A stretch of 64,000 bases of DNA from a virus. Its lineage: Duplodnaviria; Heunggongvirae; Uroviricota; Caudoviricetes. A model generated the notes under the pieces. It worked only from the letters and a program-made list of their open reading frames with translations. It had not been told where the DNA came from and did no database searches. The stretch lies in IMG/VR virus record IMGVR_UViG_3300029186_000001. One strand, given 5' to 3'. Below, one piece after another: positions 1 to 7,586 of the stretch; positions within the stretch are counted from its first letter, which is position 1, and the number at the start of each line of letters is the position of its first letter. The position numbers were made by a program, and so were the translations under genes.

Positions 1-110
1 TATAGGTAGGGATTAAGACTAAAACGTTGGTTTAGGGGAAGGCTCGGCGCTGCCCGTTGGTGTACCTGTTCCATGGCCCTCAGCCACACCACCAACGGGG
101 TGGCTGAAAT
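1..110. repeat. Left arm of inverted repeat (identical to reverse complement of 2437-2546; similarity decays out to ~230 bp)
   Basis: Direct comparison of window 1-110 with reverse complement of 2437-2546. Confidence 0.85.
15..40 (+). promoter_or_regulatory. Putative Cin crossover site (cix/mix-like), aagactaaaacg-tt-ggtttaggggaa
   Basis: 26-bp site with AAAAC(G)-NN-GGTTT core resembling hix/gix/cix; identical to inverted copy at 2507-2532. Confidence 0.55.
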
Positions 111-493
111 GTAACGGAGCAGCATTTTCTTCTGAAAAGTACCCAAATCTGGCAAAGGCTTACCCTACTAATAAATTGCCGGATTTACGCGGTGAATTTA
201 TTCGTGGCTGGGATGACGGACGTGGTGTGGATGCCGGGCGACAATTATTATCTTCACAGGGGGATGCAATAAGAAATATTGAGGGGTTCGCAGATGGCGG
301 GATTGGCATGTCTTTTGATGCAATCAGAGGGGCTTTTTATGATGCAGGAACACGATCTGCGAGAATGCCGAATAACACAACTGATATAGGCAAAACCGAT
401 GACCTTGGATTCGACGCCTCTCGTGTCGTGCCAACAGCTAATGAAAACCGTCCTCGTAATATTGCCTTTAATTATATCGTAAGGGCGGCATAA
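23..493 (+). CDS. Tail-fibre variable C-terminal cassette 1 (S-variable-like, no start codon of its own; frame open from 23)
   Basis: Frame encodes GEGSALPVGVPVPWP...KLPDLRGEFIRGWDDGRG...RPRNIAFNYIVRAA; conserved N- and C-terminal blocks shared with the other cassettes. Confidence 0.6.
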   Translation, partial: NVGLGEGSALPVGVPVPWPSATPPTGWLKCNGAAFSSEKYPNLAKAYPTNKLPDLRGEFIRGWDDGRGVDAGRQLLSSQGDAIRNIEGFADGGIGMSFDAIRGAFYDAGTRSARMPNNTTDIGKTDDLGFDASRVVPTANENRPRNIAFNYIVRAA

Positions 494-512
494 AAACGTT
501 GGTTTGGGGGAA
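487..512 (+). promoter_or_regulatory. Putative internal crossover site between cassettes 1 and 2
   Basis: ggcataaaaacg-tt-ggtttgggggaa, same core as site 15-40, at cassette junction. Confidence 0.5.
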
Positions 513-932
513 GGCTCTGCACTGCCTGTTGGTGTGCCCGTTCCGTGGCCCTTAGAAACACCACCAACGGGCTGGCTAAAATGTAACGGAGCAGCATTTT
601 CTTCTGAAATGTATCCCAAACTGGCAAAAGCCTACCCCACCAATAAATTACCGGATTTACGCGGTGAATTTATCCGTGGCTGGGATGATGGGCGCGGGAT
701 TGATGCGGGACGTACCCTGCTTTCAGGGCAGGATGGTACAAGTTTTTCTCATTACGGAGGTAATTTCGACATTGGGTCTGGTCATTCAATCAATAACTAT
801 GACCAAATTGTTTCTAACCAACCAGGATTTTCCCGTTTTTCATTTGCAGGGCCTTCACGAGGTGATGGGGTTAATTATGTAACCATTCGTCCTCGTAACA
901 TTGCGTTTAATTATATCGTAAGGGCGGCATGA
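504..932 (+). CDS. Tail-fibre variable C-terminal cassette 2
   Basis: 142-aa ORF with same conserved ends and a divergent middle. Confidence 0.6.
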   Translation: MGEGSALPVGVPVPWPLETPPTGWLKCNGAAFSSEMYPKLAKAYPTNKLPDLRGEFIRGWDDGRGIDAGRTLLSGQDGTSFSHYGGNFDIGSGHSINNYDQIVSNQPGFSRFSFAGPSRGDGVNYVTIRPRNIAFNYIVRAA

Positions 933-951
933 AAACGTTGGTTTGGGAGAA
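926..951 (+). promoter_or_regulatory. Putative internal crossover site between cassettes 2 and 3
   Basis: ggcatgaaaacg-tt-ggtttgggagaa, same core, at cassette junction. Confidence 0.5.
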
Positions 952-1440
952 GGCTCTGCATTACCTGTTGGTGTCCCTGTTCCGTGGCCTTCAGCCACTC
1001 CGCCAACAGGCTGGCTGAAATGCAACGGTGCGGCTTTTTCTGCTGAAGAATACCCGGAACTGGCAAAGGCTTACCCGACAAATAAATTGCCTGATTTACG
1101 TGGTGAGTTCATTCGTGGCTGGGATGACGGGCGCGGGATTGATCCAGGTCGCTCTATTTTAAGCGAGCAAGGATATGCAACGGAGGATCATGCTCACGGA
1201 TTACCGTCAAAATCAACCGTAGCAACTGACAGCTCAATTAATTTCTACTTTGACGAGGCATGGGCTACTAGTGGTAATACGGGAGTTATCAGATGGGGGA
1301 ACACAAGCGATGCAGGATTGCCAGCCCCTAATTATGGAACTTTTAAAACATATAAACAGTCCGTAGCTAATTTAGGTACTGCTGGCTTAGAAACCCGCCC
1401 TCGTAATATTGCATTTAATTATATTGTGAGGGCGGATTAA
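943..1440 (+). CDS. Tail-fibre variable C-terminal cassette 3
   Basis: 165-aa ORF with same conserved ends and a divergent middle. Confidence 0.6.
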   Translation: MGEGSALPVGVPVPWPSATPPTGWLKCNGAAFSAEEYPELAKAYPTNKLPDLRGEFIRGWDDGRGIDPGRSILSEQGYATEDHAHGLPSKSTVATDSSINFYFDEAWATSGNTGVIRWGNTSDAGLPAPNYGTFKTYKQSVANLGTAGLETRPRNIAFNYIVRAD

Positions 1441-1445
1441 TTATA

Positions 1446-2057
1446 TCAACTGGCTGTAGAAAGTTGTTTTTCAGGCCAGTTGAGATCTGGTGCCGTGGTT
1501 AAATCCATCGCGTTCAGCTCGTCTATATAATCTAGCACGGAGTTAAGCTGCGTGGTTTCTGCCTGCGTCAACTTCCGTCCAGCCCGTAATTTCAACTGAA
1601 TCAGACTAATGGAATCCATCGCAGTATCAATCAATGACTGACGTTTTGTTTCTGCTGCCTCTACAGCTGCACTATGTTGAGCCTCAGTATCAACCACCCA
1701 TTTCTCTCCATCCCATTTGTCGTATGGTGTTAGCGGGGCGATAGTGGTTGTATTTTCCGGATAGTCACCCAACACCGTGATTTCTTCGGGATTCCCAGTG
1801 TCAATGCTATAGACAGTTTCGCCACGATGATCTGGCACATACTCCCATGAACTTAAATCCTCTGAACGGAGAATCGCATAACCTGCTTTATGTGAGCCTG
1901 GAGCATCCAAACAAGAATGTGCCGGAATACCAACGCCAACAGCAAGATATTCAGTTGATGCAGAAATATATTCCCGATTACCACCATCATAGTTATAAAC
2001 GATAATGTTTCCTGCCTGTATGGCTATAAGTTCGCTATTTAATATCGCATTATCCAT
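1446..2057 (-). CDS. U: Tail-fibre assembly chaperone (U-like, Tfa family)
   Basis: 203-aa ORF whose start overlaps the stop of minus-strand cassette 4 (ATAATGG); position and size match phage U/Tfa genes. Confidence 0.7.
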   Translation of the reverse strand: MDNAILNSELIAIQAGNIIVYNYDGGNREYISASTEYLAVGVGIPAHSCLDAPGSHKAGYAILRSEDLSSWEYVPDHRGETVYSIDTGNPEEITVLGDYPENTTTIAPLTPYDKWDGEKWVVDTEAQHSAAVEAAETKRQSLIDTAMDSISLIQLKLRAGRKLTQAETTQLNSVLDYIDELNAMDLTTAPDLNWPEKQLSTAS

Positions 2058-2524
2058 TATGCTGCTCTCACAATATAATTGAAGGCAATGTTACGTGGGC
2101 GGGTTTCATTCCCCCCAGATAACTCCGTTCTGTATTGACTGGTAAATTTACCATTAATCGCTCCTTCTTGGACGGCGTTATCTGTCGACAACAGACTATC
2201 CCCCCCTCTGTCATTTGGCACCAATACCGTGTTATCCCACGCGTCCCATGACCGAATATTATGATAATGACTTCCTGTTAACCACCCCTGTATGCTTAAG
2301 ATGACCCTTCCCGCATCCACACCTCGCCCATCATCCCAACCACGGATAAACTCACCGCGTAAATCAGGTAATTTTAACGTTGGGTAAACCTTTGCCAGAT
2401 TTGGGTACTTTTCAGAAGAAAATGCTGCACCATTGCATTTCAGCCACCCCGTTGGTGGTGTGGCTGAGGGCCATGGAACAGGTACACCAACGGGCAGCGC
2501 CGAGCCTTCCCCTAAACCAACGTT
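2057..2524 (-). CDS. Tail-fibre variable C-terminal cassette 4 (Sv-like), translationally coupled to U
   Basis: Minus-strand frame encodes the same GEGSALPVGVPVPWP...RGEFIRGWDDGRG...RPRNIAFNYIVRAA architecture. Confidence 0.6.
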   Translation of the reverse strand, partial: NVGLGEGSALPVGVPVPWPSATPPTGWLKCNGAAFSSEKYPNLAKVYPTLKLPDLRGEFIRGWDDGRGVDAGRVILSIQGWLTGSHYHNIRSWDAWDNTVLVPNDRGGDSLLSTDNAVQEGAINGKFTSQYRTELSGGNETRPRNIAFNYIVRAA

Positions 2525-2546
2525 TTAGTCTTAATCCCTACCTATA
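2437..2546. repeat. Right arm of inverted repeat flanking the invertible region
   Basis: Reverse complement matches window 1-110. Confidence 0.85.
2507..2532 (-). promoter_or_regulatory. Putative Cin crossover site, inverted orientation, cin-proximal
   Basis: Reverse complement identical to site 15-40; lies 55 bp upstream of cin start. Confidence 0.55.
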
Positions 2547-2586
2547 CCAACGATGTATTTTTAACTAAACAAAGAGGTTGTTTTTC

Positions 2587-3159
2587 ATGCAAATTGGCTA
2601 CATTCGTGTGTCAACAAATGACCAAAACACAGATTTACAAAGAAATGCACTGAACTGCGCAGGATGTGAACTGATTTTTGAAGATAAAATAAGCGGAACA
2701 AAGTCAGCCAGACCAGGCTTGAAAAAGCTGCTCAGAACGTTATCAGAAGGAGATACGCTGGTTGTCTGGAAGCTGGATAGGCTTGGCAGAAGTATGAAAC
2801 ACCTTATCACGCTTATAGAGGAGTTGCGGGAAAAAGGTGTTAATTTCCGTAGTCTGACAGACAGTATTGACACATCAACACCCATGGGGCGTTTCTTTTT
2901 TCACGTCATGGGGGCTTTAGCAGAAATGGAACGTGAATTAATTGTTGAGAGAACACTGGCCGGACTGGCAGCTGCACGCGAACAGGGACGCATTGGCGGA
3001 CGTCGCCCGAAGTTGACAAAAGAACAACATGAGCAAATAGCGAGGTTGATCGAAAATGGCTACAGCAGGAAACAGTTGGCAATTATTTACGATATCGGTG
3101 TATCGACGATTTATCGTTATCATCCTGTAGAGAAGCGCCAAACTCAATCTGAGCTGTAA
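2587..3159 (+). CDS. cin: Serine DNA invertase Cin (Hin/Gin/Cin family)
   Basis: MQIGYIRVSTNDQNTDLQ N-terminus with catalytic Ser context, C-terminal HTH; AAGAGG RBS 10 bp upstream of ATG at 2587. Confidence 0.9.
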   Translation: MQIGYIRVSTNDQNTDLQRNALNCAGCELIFEDKISGTKSARPGLKKLLRTLSEGDTLVVWKLDRLGRSMKHLITLIEELREKGVNFRSLTDSIDTSTPMGRFFFHVMGALAEMERELIVERTLAGLAAAREQGRIGGRRPKLTKEQHEQIARLIENGYSRKQLAIIYDIGVSTIYRYHPVEKRQTQSEL

Positions 3160-3249
3160 TTCTAATGCCGCGTCGGTGTAATTTATCTTGATAGAATAGG
3201 TACATTTATCGCGCGGCACATCAATTCGATGTATCTAGCGCCTGCTGAC

Positions 3250-3281
3250 CGCTAATGAAAACTGTCCTCGAAATGTTGTCC
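3250..3281 (+). repeat. Vestige of a tail-fibre cassette 3-prime end downstream of cin
   Basis: gctaatgaaaactgtcctcgaaatgttgtccc matches the cassette-1 end gctaatgaaaaccgtcctcgtaatattgcc at about 26 of 30 positions. Confidence 0.5.
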
Positions 3282-3594
3282 CTAGCCCGAGACTAGGGTA
3301 TCACCTCTGGAAAGCATACGCAGAACCTTTTTTAACCCAGGGTGCCCAGCCTTTTTGCTGCTCGCCTTATTCGCAAAAATTAGCTCACATCCTGCGCTTT
3401 CAAGTGCTTTTCACTGCATAGCTGTGTTTTGTTCATTTGTCTATATGCGTACATAGCCTATTAGCATATTTTCTGCCCACTATCGTTATTTATTGCAAGC
3501 TACAGGTTTTAATTAACAAAACCAGTGTGTGTGGAAATCACAAAGTGCATACCGTTCTCAGATGTTGTTCAACTTACTGTTGTATAGGTAAAAA

Positions 3595-3858
3595 ATGACA
3601 TTTTATGTACATATCGTGATGTTATCCCTTCTTGGTGGGGTGTATTCGTATTTGAGTGGGCTATGTGAAAACCGTTACGAGTCTTCATGCAAGAAATTGC
3701 TGGCCGAATGTATTTCCGCCGTACTTGCTGGCTTTATTGGCATGTATCTCGCGGAATATAAGGATATGAATGAAAGCCTTCAGAGCTGCATGGTTCTTAT
3801 TTTCAGCGCCAATAGCAGGCTTATTATTGAAGGTTCCAAAAGTCGGTTGAATAGGTAA
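3595..3858 (+). CDS. Hypothetical small hydrophobic protein
   Basis: 87-aa ORF upstream of the holin gene; hydrophobic N-terminal half. Confidence 0.35.
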   Translation: MTFYVHIVMLSLLGGVYSYLSGLCENRYESSCKKLLAECISAVLAGFIGMYLAEYKDMNESLQSCMVLIFSANSRLIIEGSKSRLNR

Positions 3859-3932
3859 GTCTCTTATGCAACATAACCGGTTGAGAAGTTACTTTGCATA
3901 CCATTACCTCCTGACAACGTAGGAGGGAACTT

Positions 3933-4262
3933 GTGCTTGACACACAGGAATTAGCTCCAGTTGCTATTGCGCTCCTGCTTTCAGTAATTGGTGGGATAGG
4001 CACGTTCCTGATGGATGTCCGAGACGGTCGCCAGTCTGGCAATTTGTTGGGATTGGTTACGGAGATCTTTGTTGCAGTGACAGCTGGCGCGGTGGCGTAC
4101 CTATTGGGGCAACACGAGGGCTGGGAGTTATCCATTACGTACTTAATGGTAACGATAGCCAGCAATAACGGTCATGAGGTGATTTCAGGGATGAAACGAG
4201 TGAATATCGATAGCATTCTGAATGTTCTTACAAGTTTGGTGAAAAAGGGAGGCGGGAAATGA
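3933..4262 (+). CDS. lydA: Holin LydA-like
   Basis: 109-aa ORF with transmembrane segments; GTG start preceded by AGGAGGGA RBS; first gene of darA operon by position. Confidence 0.65.
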   Translation: MLDTQELAPVAIALLLSVIGGIGTFLMDVRDGRQSGNLLGLVTEIFVAVTAGAVAYLLGQHEGWELSITYLMVTIASNNGHEVISGMKRVNIDSILNVLTSLVKKGGGK

Positions 4263-4702
4263 TTGGCTGGGGTGTATGCGTTCTTGCGTTAGCCTTAGCC
4301 GATCGCTATTTGCTAAAACGCAAGGACATCACGCATTTAGAACTTGGTGATGTGGAAATTAAACCGGGTTTCATCCGGGTGCCGTTCAAATACCGGTCTA
4401 AATTCCCGTTTTTGCGCGGCGCAACGGTCAGATATTGGATCCGCGATGTTCAGAAGCCGACGACAGTGATTGAAGGCGAACAACGTTGTTTGACGTCGGC
4501 TGAACAGGGCGAAAACAGTGAATGGTTGTACATACCCACTGAATATATGGGTAAAGGAGAGCGACTGTGGCATTTCAACGTCATGGTTACGCATGGCGAC
4601 TCGTTCATTAACCCGTTGTATCGGATTTTCCCTGTTACTCAGCAAATCCGCAGAAGTTACGTAATAAATCTCGCACAGGATGTGTCAGATGACGAAAAAT
4701 AA
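4259..4702 (+). CDS. lydB: Antiholin LydB-like
   Basis: 147-aa ORF translationally coupled to lydA; position as in P1. Confidence 0.55.
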   Translation: MIGWGVCVLALALADRYLLKRKDITHLELGDVEIKPGFIRVPFKYRSKFPFLRGATVRYWIRDVQKPTTVIEGEQRCLTSAEQGENSEWLYIPTEYMGKGERLWHFNVMVTHGDSFINPLYRIFPVTQQIRRSYVINLAQDVSDDEK

Positions 4703-5291
4703 GTATGCAACGGTCGATTTTGACCAGGTTAATGAAAAGGGGCTGAAATCCCTTATCGCGGCGATCAATAAAACCGGTGTTACGGTAATTGAGGTTGACT
4801 CCAGCAACCGCGCAACAACGAAAGATGGCGTTAAAGTTAAAACCGCAAAGCTGGTTCTTAACGACGGACAAATTCTTGCCATACAGGTAAACGATACTGG
4901 CGATATATCGTCTGTGAGGCTGAATGGAAAAGCTATTCCTAACGCTCAATCGCCGGATATCAAGACGCTTGGTACCGTCATGGGGCAAGCGGCCCGCAAA
5001 AACTCCGCAAAATTCCAGAAATCACTGATCGCCAAAGCGAAACGTGTTGCCAATCCGGTAGACAAGAAACCGGCAGTAAAATCCAACTTTCAGCGCCTGC
5101 AAGAGGCAAAACAGCGGAATGCTCAGGTGGTTGCCGCTTATAAATCAGCGCAGAACTCGGTGTCTTTCAATCAACAGCAGATCACTGATTTGCGGGCGAA
5201 GCTGGATAAGGAGACAGGCCGACTCAATAACGAAAAGGCCCGAAATGGCGAACTCAAACGCCGTCTTAAGCAACTGAAAGCAGGAAATTAA
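4680..5291 (+). CDS. hdf: Hdf (homolog of DarA fragment), head morphogenesis/antirestriction operon
   Basis: 203-aa ORF; shares the NSAKFQ(K/R) block with the downstream DarA ORF. Confidence 0.65.
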   Translation: MCQMTKNKYATVDFDQVNEKGLKSLIAAINKTGVTVIEVDSSNRATTKDGVKVKTAKLVLNDGQILAIQVNDTGDISSVRLNGKAIPNAQSPDIKTLGTVMGQAARKNSAKFQKSLIAKAKRVANPVDKKPAVKSNFQRLQEAKQRNAQVVAAYKSAQNSVSFNQQQITDLRAKLDKETGRLNNEKARNGELKRRLKQLKAGN

Positions 5292-5292
5292 C

Positions 5293-7212
5293 ATGGAACA
5301 GTTCAATATCAATAAAGGGGTGACGATCAAGCCTGGGCTTGACGTGCTTCCCCCGCCAGTGACTGATGATGAATATCGCGCATTAATGGCCGGTGAGGAC
5401 CGCTATCTGATGACGGAATCCAACACCCTGGAGGAAATCGAGGCTACGTTCTTCTATGACACGCCGATCCACTGGTGTGCTACGGATTTACTGGAGGCGA
5501 TTAGTTCTACTCGTTTGCAGTTACACCGGACCATGCAGGCATTTGTCCGGGCATTGAACCAGAAGCTGAATGGTACCGGAATCTCTGCGGGGAGTGATAA
5601 AACGGGGGATGTGGCCCAGAGCGGCGCGCGCGCGATCGGCGGCGCTGAAATTGGCCGGGCACGTAACGTTAACGGGCTGCCGGTCTTGCCAGCCATTATT
5701 CCGCTCAGTGATGGTCAGACTATCAGCATTCTGTTTCATAGCCCGACAGCGGAAAACCGGATCACCAATAGCGATACGCTGGTTGCTTTCCAGTTCTTAC
5801 TGAATAAAAAAGACGTTACTCACACCGTTGCTCCGATGAGTGGACGTGATATGACGCTGGCGCAGGTCACCATGAAACTTGCCAACCTTGCAGAGAAAAA
5901 CTCGGCAAAATTCCAGCGTGCGCAGAAGAAGAAAAAAGCCCTTGTTGATGAAATAACCCAACTACAGGCTGACAGTGACCAGAAAGAGGATGCCATGAGC
6001 GACCTCGCGGATCAGGTGGCAGCGGTAGAAGGGCAGAAGGCAGATCTGGAGCAGAAAATTAACGCTGTTGCATCGGAAGCGGATTCTCTTTATGAAGAGA
6101 ATGAGCGTTTGCAGACGGAGATTGATCAGCTCAATCGCACTGGTGGGCGCGATACCATTGCTCCAGCGGGGATGACTGGTGGGCACTCTCGCGCGCTGAC
6201 GGATCGCCTTGCCAGTATCAAAAATCGTATGCATATGGACGGGGAAGTGACGCTCAGTAATGGTGCATCAATGAAGCAATTCATTGGGGGCGGCGAAGGG
6301 TATATCCAGTTAACCGATCCGGATGGCAGCGTATACATGATCAAGGCTAAATCCATACAGGGTGTGGACATGGCAGATGCGATCGGCAAGCTGTTTAAAG
6401 CCTATAAAGCGGGTAATGTATCGGAATACCTGGTCCAACCAGAAGAACATAAACCGGAAAACGTCGAACCTGAACCAGCGGAGGATGCCGGTAGCTCTTC
6501 GCCTGAACCAGAAGTCTCTGTAGGTGCATATCGATATGCCCTGCAAATGCGTCCGGCGGCCCCTGGCGCAATACCTGAAGGTAACAAAGCAATTCTGCCG
6601 CGCCCTGATGAAGGTGACCCGTATTATGAATATGCACGCTACGGCATTGCTACTTACGATACCCCGCTTTCTGATCAGCAAATGAGTGAGTACGACCTGA
6701 AGTTATTGCCTCGCGAGGATTCTTTCGACTTCCTGGCGAAGACACTTACTAATGGTCCGTTTGGCAAATATGCACAAAAAGCTCTGGAGCTGGCCACCAG
6801 CTCACCAGACGAGTTCCGCGTAATGCTGAAAACTCAGTTTCAAAAAACTTTCCCCAATATTGCGTTTCCTGGGGGCGCTGGCACCGAGAAAATGGTGCAG
6901 AGCATGATCAATGCATTGCAGGCCGAAGTCGGTGAGATTCCTCAGCCAGAACCGGCCCCGGCACAGCCTGATGAAACGGTTAGCGAAGCAGATGCAGAGG
7001 CTAATAAAGCCATTGAATATCTCAATAACGTGATGGATATACAAAGCACTGACATGGCGGAGATCCGTAACGCCCGGGGCAATGTCCGGGAAGCGATTGC
7101 AGCCCTTCAGGCTGCCGGACGTTTTGAGGAAAACGAAGAGCTGGTTAACGGCGCAGCTCGCCACCTGGCTGATCTGTTGGTAGCAATCCAGAAAGCGGGG
7201 GTAGCGGCATGA
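5293..7212 (+). CDS. darA: DarA antirestriction/internal head protein
   Basis: 639-aa ORF; size and operon position match P1 DarA; coiled-coil middle region. Confidence 0.7.
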   Translation: MEQFNINKGVTIKPGLDVLPPPVTDDEYRALMAGEDRYLMTESNTLEEIEATFFYDTPIHWCATDLLEAISSTRLQLHRTMQAFVRALNQKLNGTGISAGSDKTGDVAQSGARAIGGAEIGRARNVNGLPVLPAIIPLSDGQTISILFHSPTAENRITNSDTLVAFQFLLNKKDVTHTVAPMSGRDMTLAQVTMKLANLAEKNSAKFQRAQKKKKALVDEITQLQADSDQKEDAMSDLADQVAAVEGQKADLEQKINAVASEADSLYEENERLQTEIDQLNRTGGRDTIAPAGMTGGHSRALTDRLASIKNRMHMDGEVTLSNGASMKQFIGGGEGYIQLTDPDGSVYMIKAKSIQGVDMADAIGKLFKAYKAGNVSEYLVQPEEHKPENVEPEPAEDAGSSSPEPEVSVGAYRYALQMRPAAPGAIPEGNKAILPRPDEGDPYYEYARYGIATYDTPLSDQQMSEYDLKLLPREDSFDFLAKTLTNGPFGKYAQKALELATSSPDEFRVMLKTQFQKTFPNIAFPGGAGTEKMVQSMINALQAEVGEIPQPEPAPAQPDETVSEADAEANKAIEYLNNVMDIQSTDMAEIRNARGNVREAIAALQAAGRFEENEELVNGAARHLADLLVAIQKAGVAA

Positions 7213-7574
7213 CACTATCAGCTATTGAGTTAATGGATCTCAGCGATAAGTTGGATGCTCTGATGTCCAAAGCGGCTACCGCGAGTGGCATGGAGTTGCT
7301 GGATATCAGCGATGAAATTGACCAGATCATGCAACAGATGGGGTACGGCGCGTCCGGCGGTGGTAGTGGCGAGGAAAAACAACCTTCGGAACATGATGGT
7401 GTGCCAAAACTGGTTGCTGATTTCCTGGCTGATAAATTCGTCGATCAGAGCACCGATGCATTTATCGGTACCTTGCAGGATTTGAGTCAATATGTTGGCA
7501 CATACATCGACCTGGACCAGGTTAAACAGCACACTGCGGCATGGATAGCCGCCAACATTAAAGAGGCAGCATAA
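7209..7574 (+). CDS. ddrA: DdrA
   Basis: 121-aa acidic ORF overlapping darA stop (ATGA); position and size as P1 ddrA. Confidence 0.6.
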   Translation: MTLSAIELMDLSDKLDALMSKAATASGMELLDISDEIDQIMQQMGYGASGGGSGEEKQPSEHDGVPKLVADFLADKFVDQSTDAFIGTLQDLSQYVGTYIDLDQVKQHTAAWIAANIKEAA

Positions 7575-7586
7575 GGCGTAACAGGG

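Larger units (their letters stand above)
1..2553. other. Cin-dependent invertible tail-fibre cassette region (C-segment-like, multi-site); window begins inside it
   Basis: Three tandem plus-strand cassettes and one minus-strand cassette all end with the motif RPRNIAFNYIVRA; four hix/gix/cix-like crossover sites; flanking inverted repeat; serine invertase gene immediately adjacent. Confidence 0.7.

Noticed and set aside
2380-2568. 62-aa plus-strand ORF within the right inverted-repeat arm
   Set aside because: Antisense to the conserved 5-prime part of minus-strand cassette 4; an artefact of the inverted repeat
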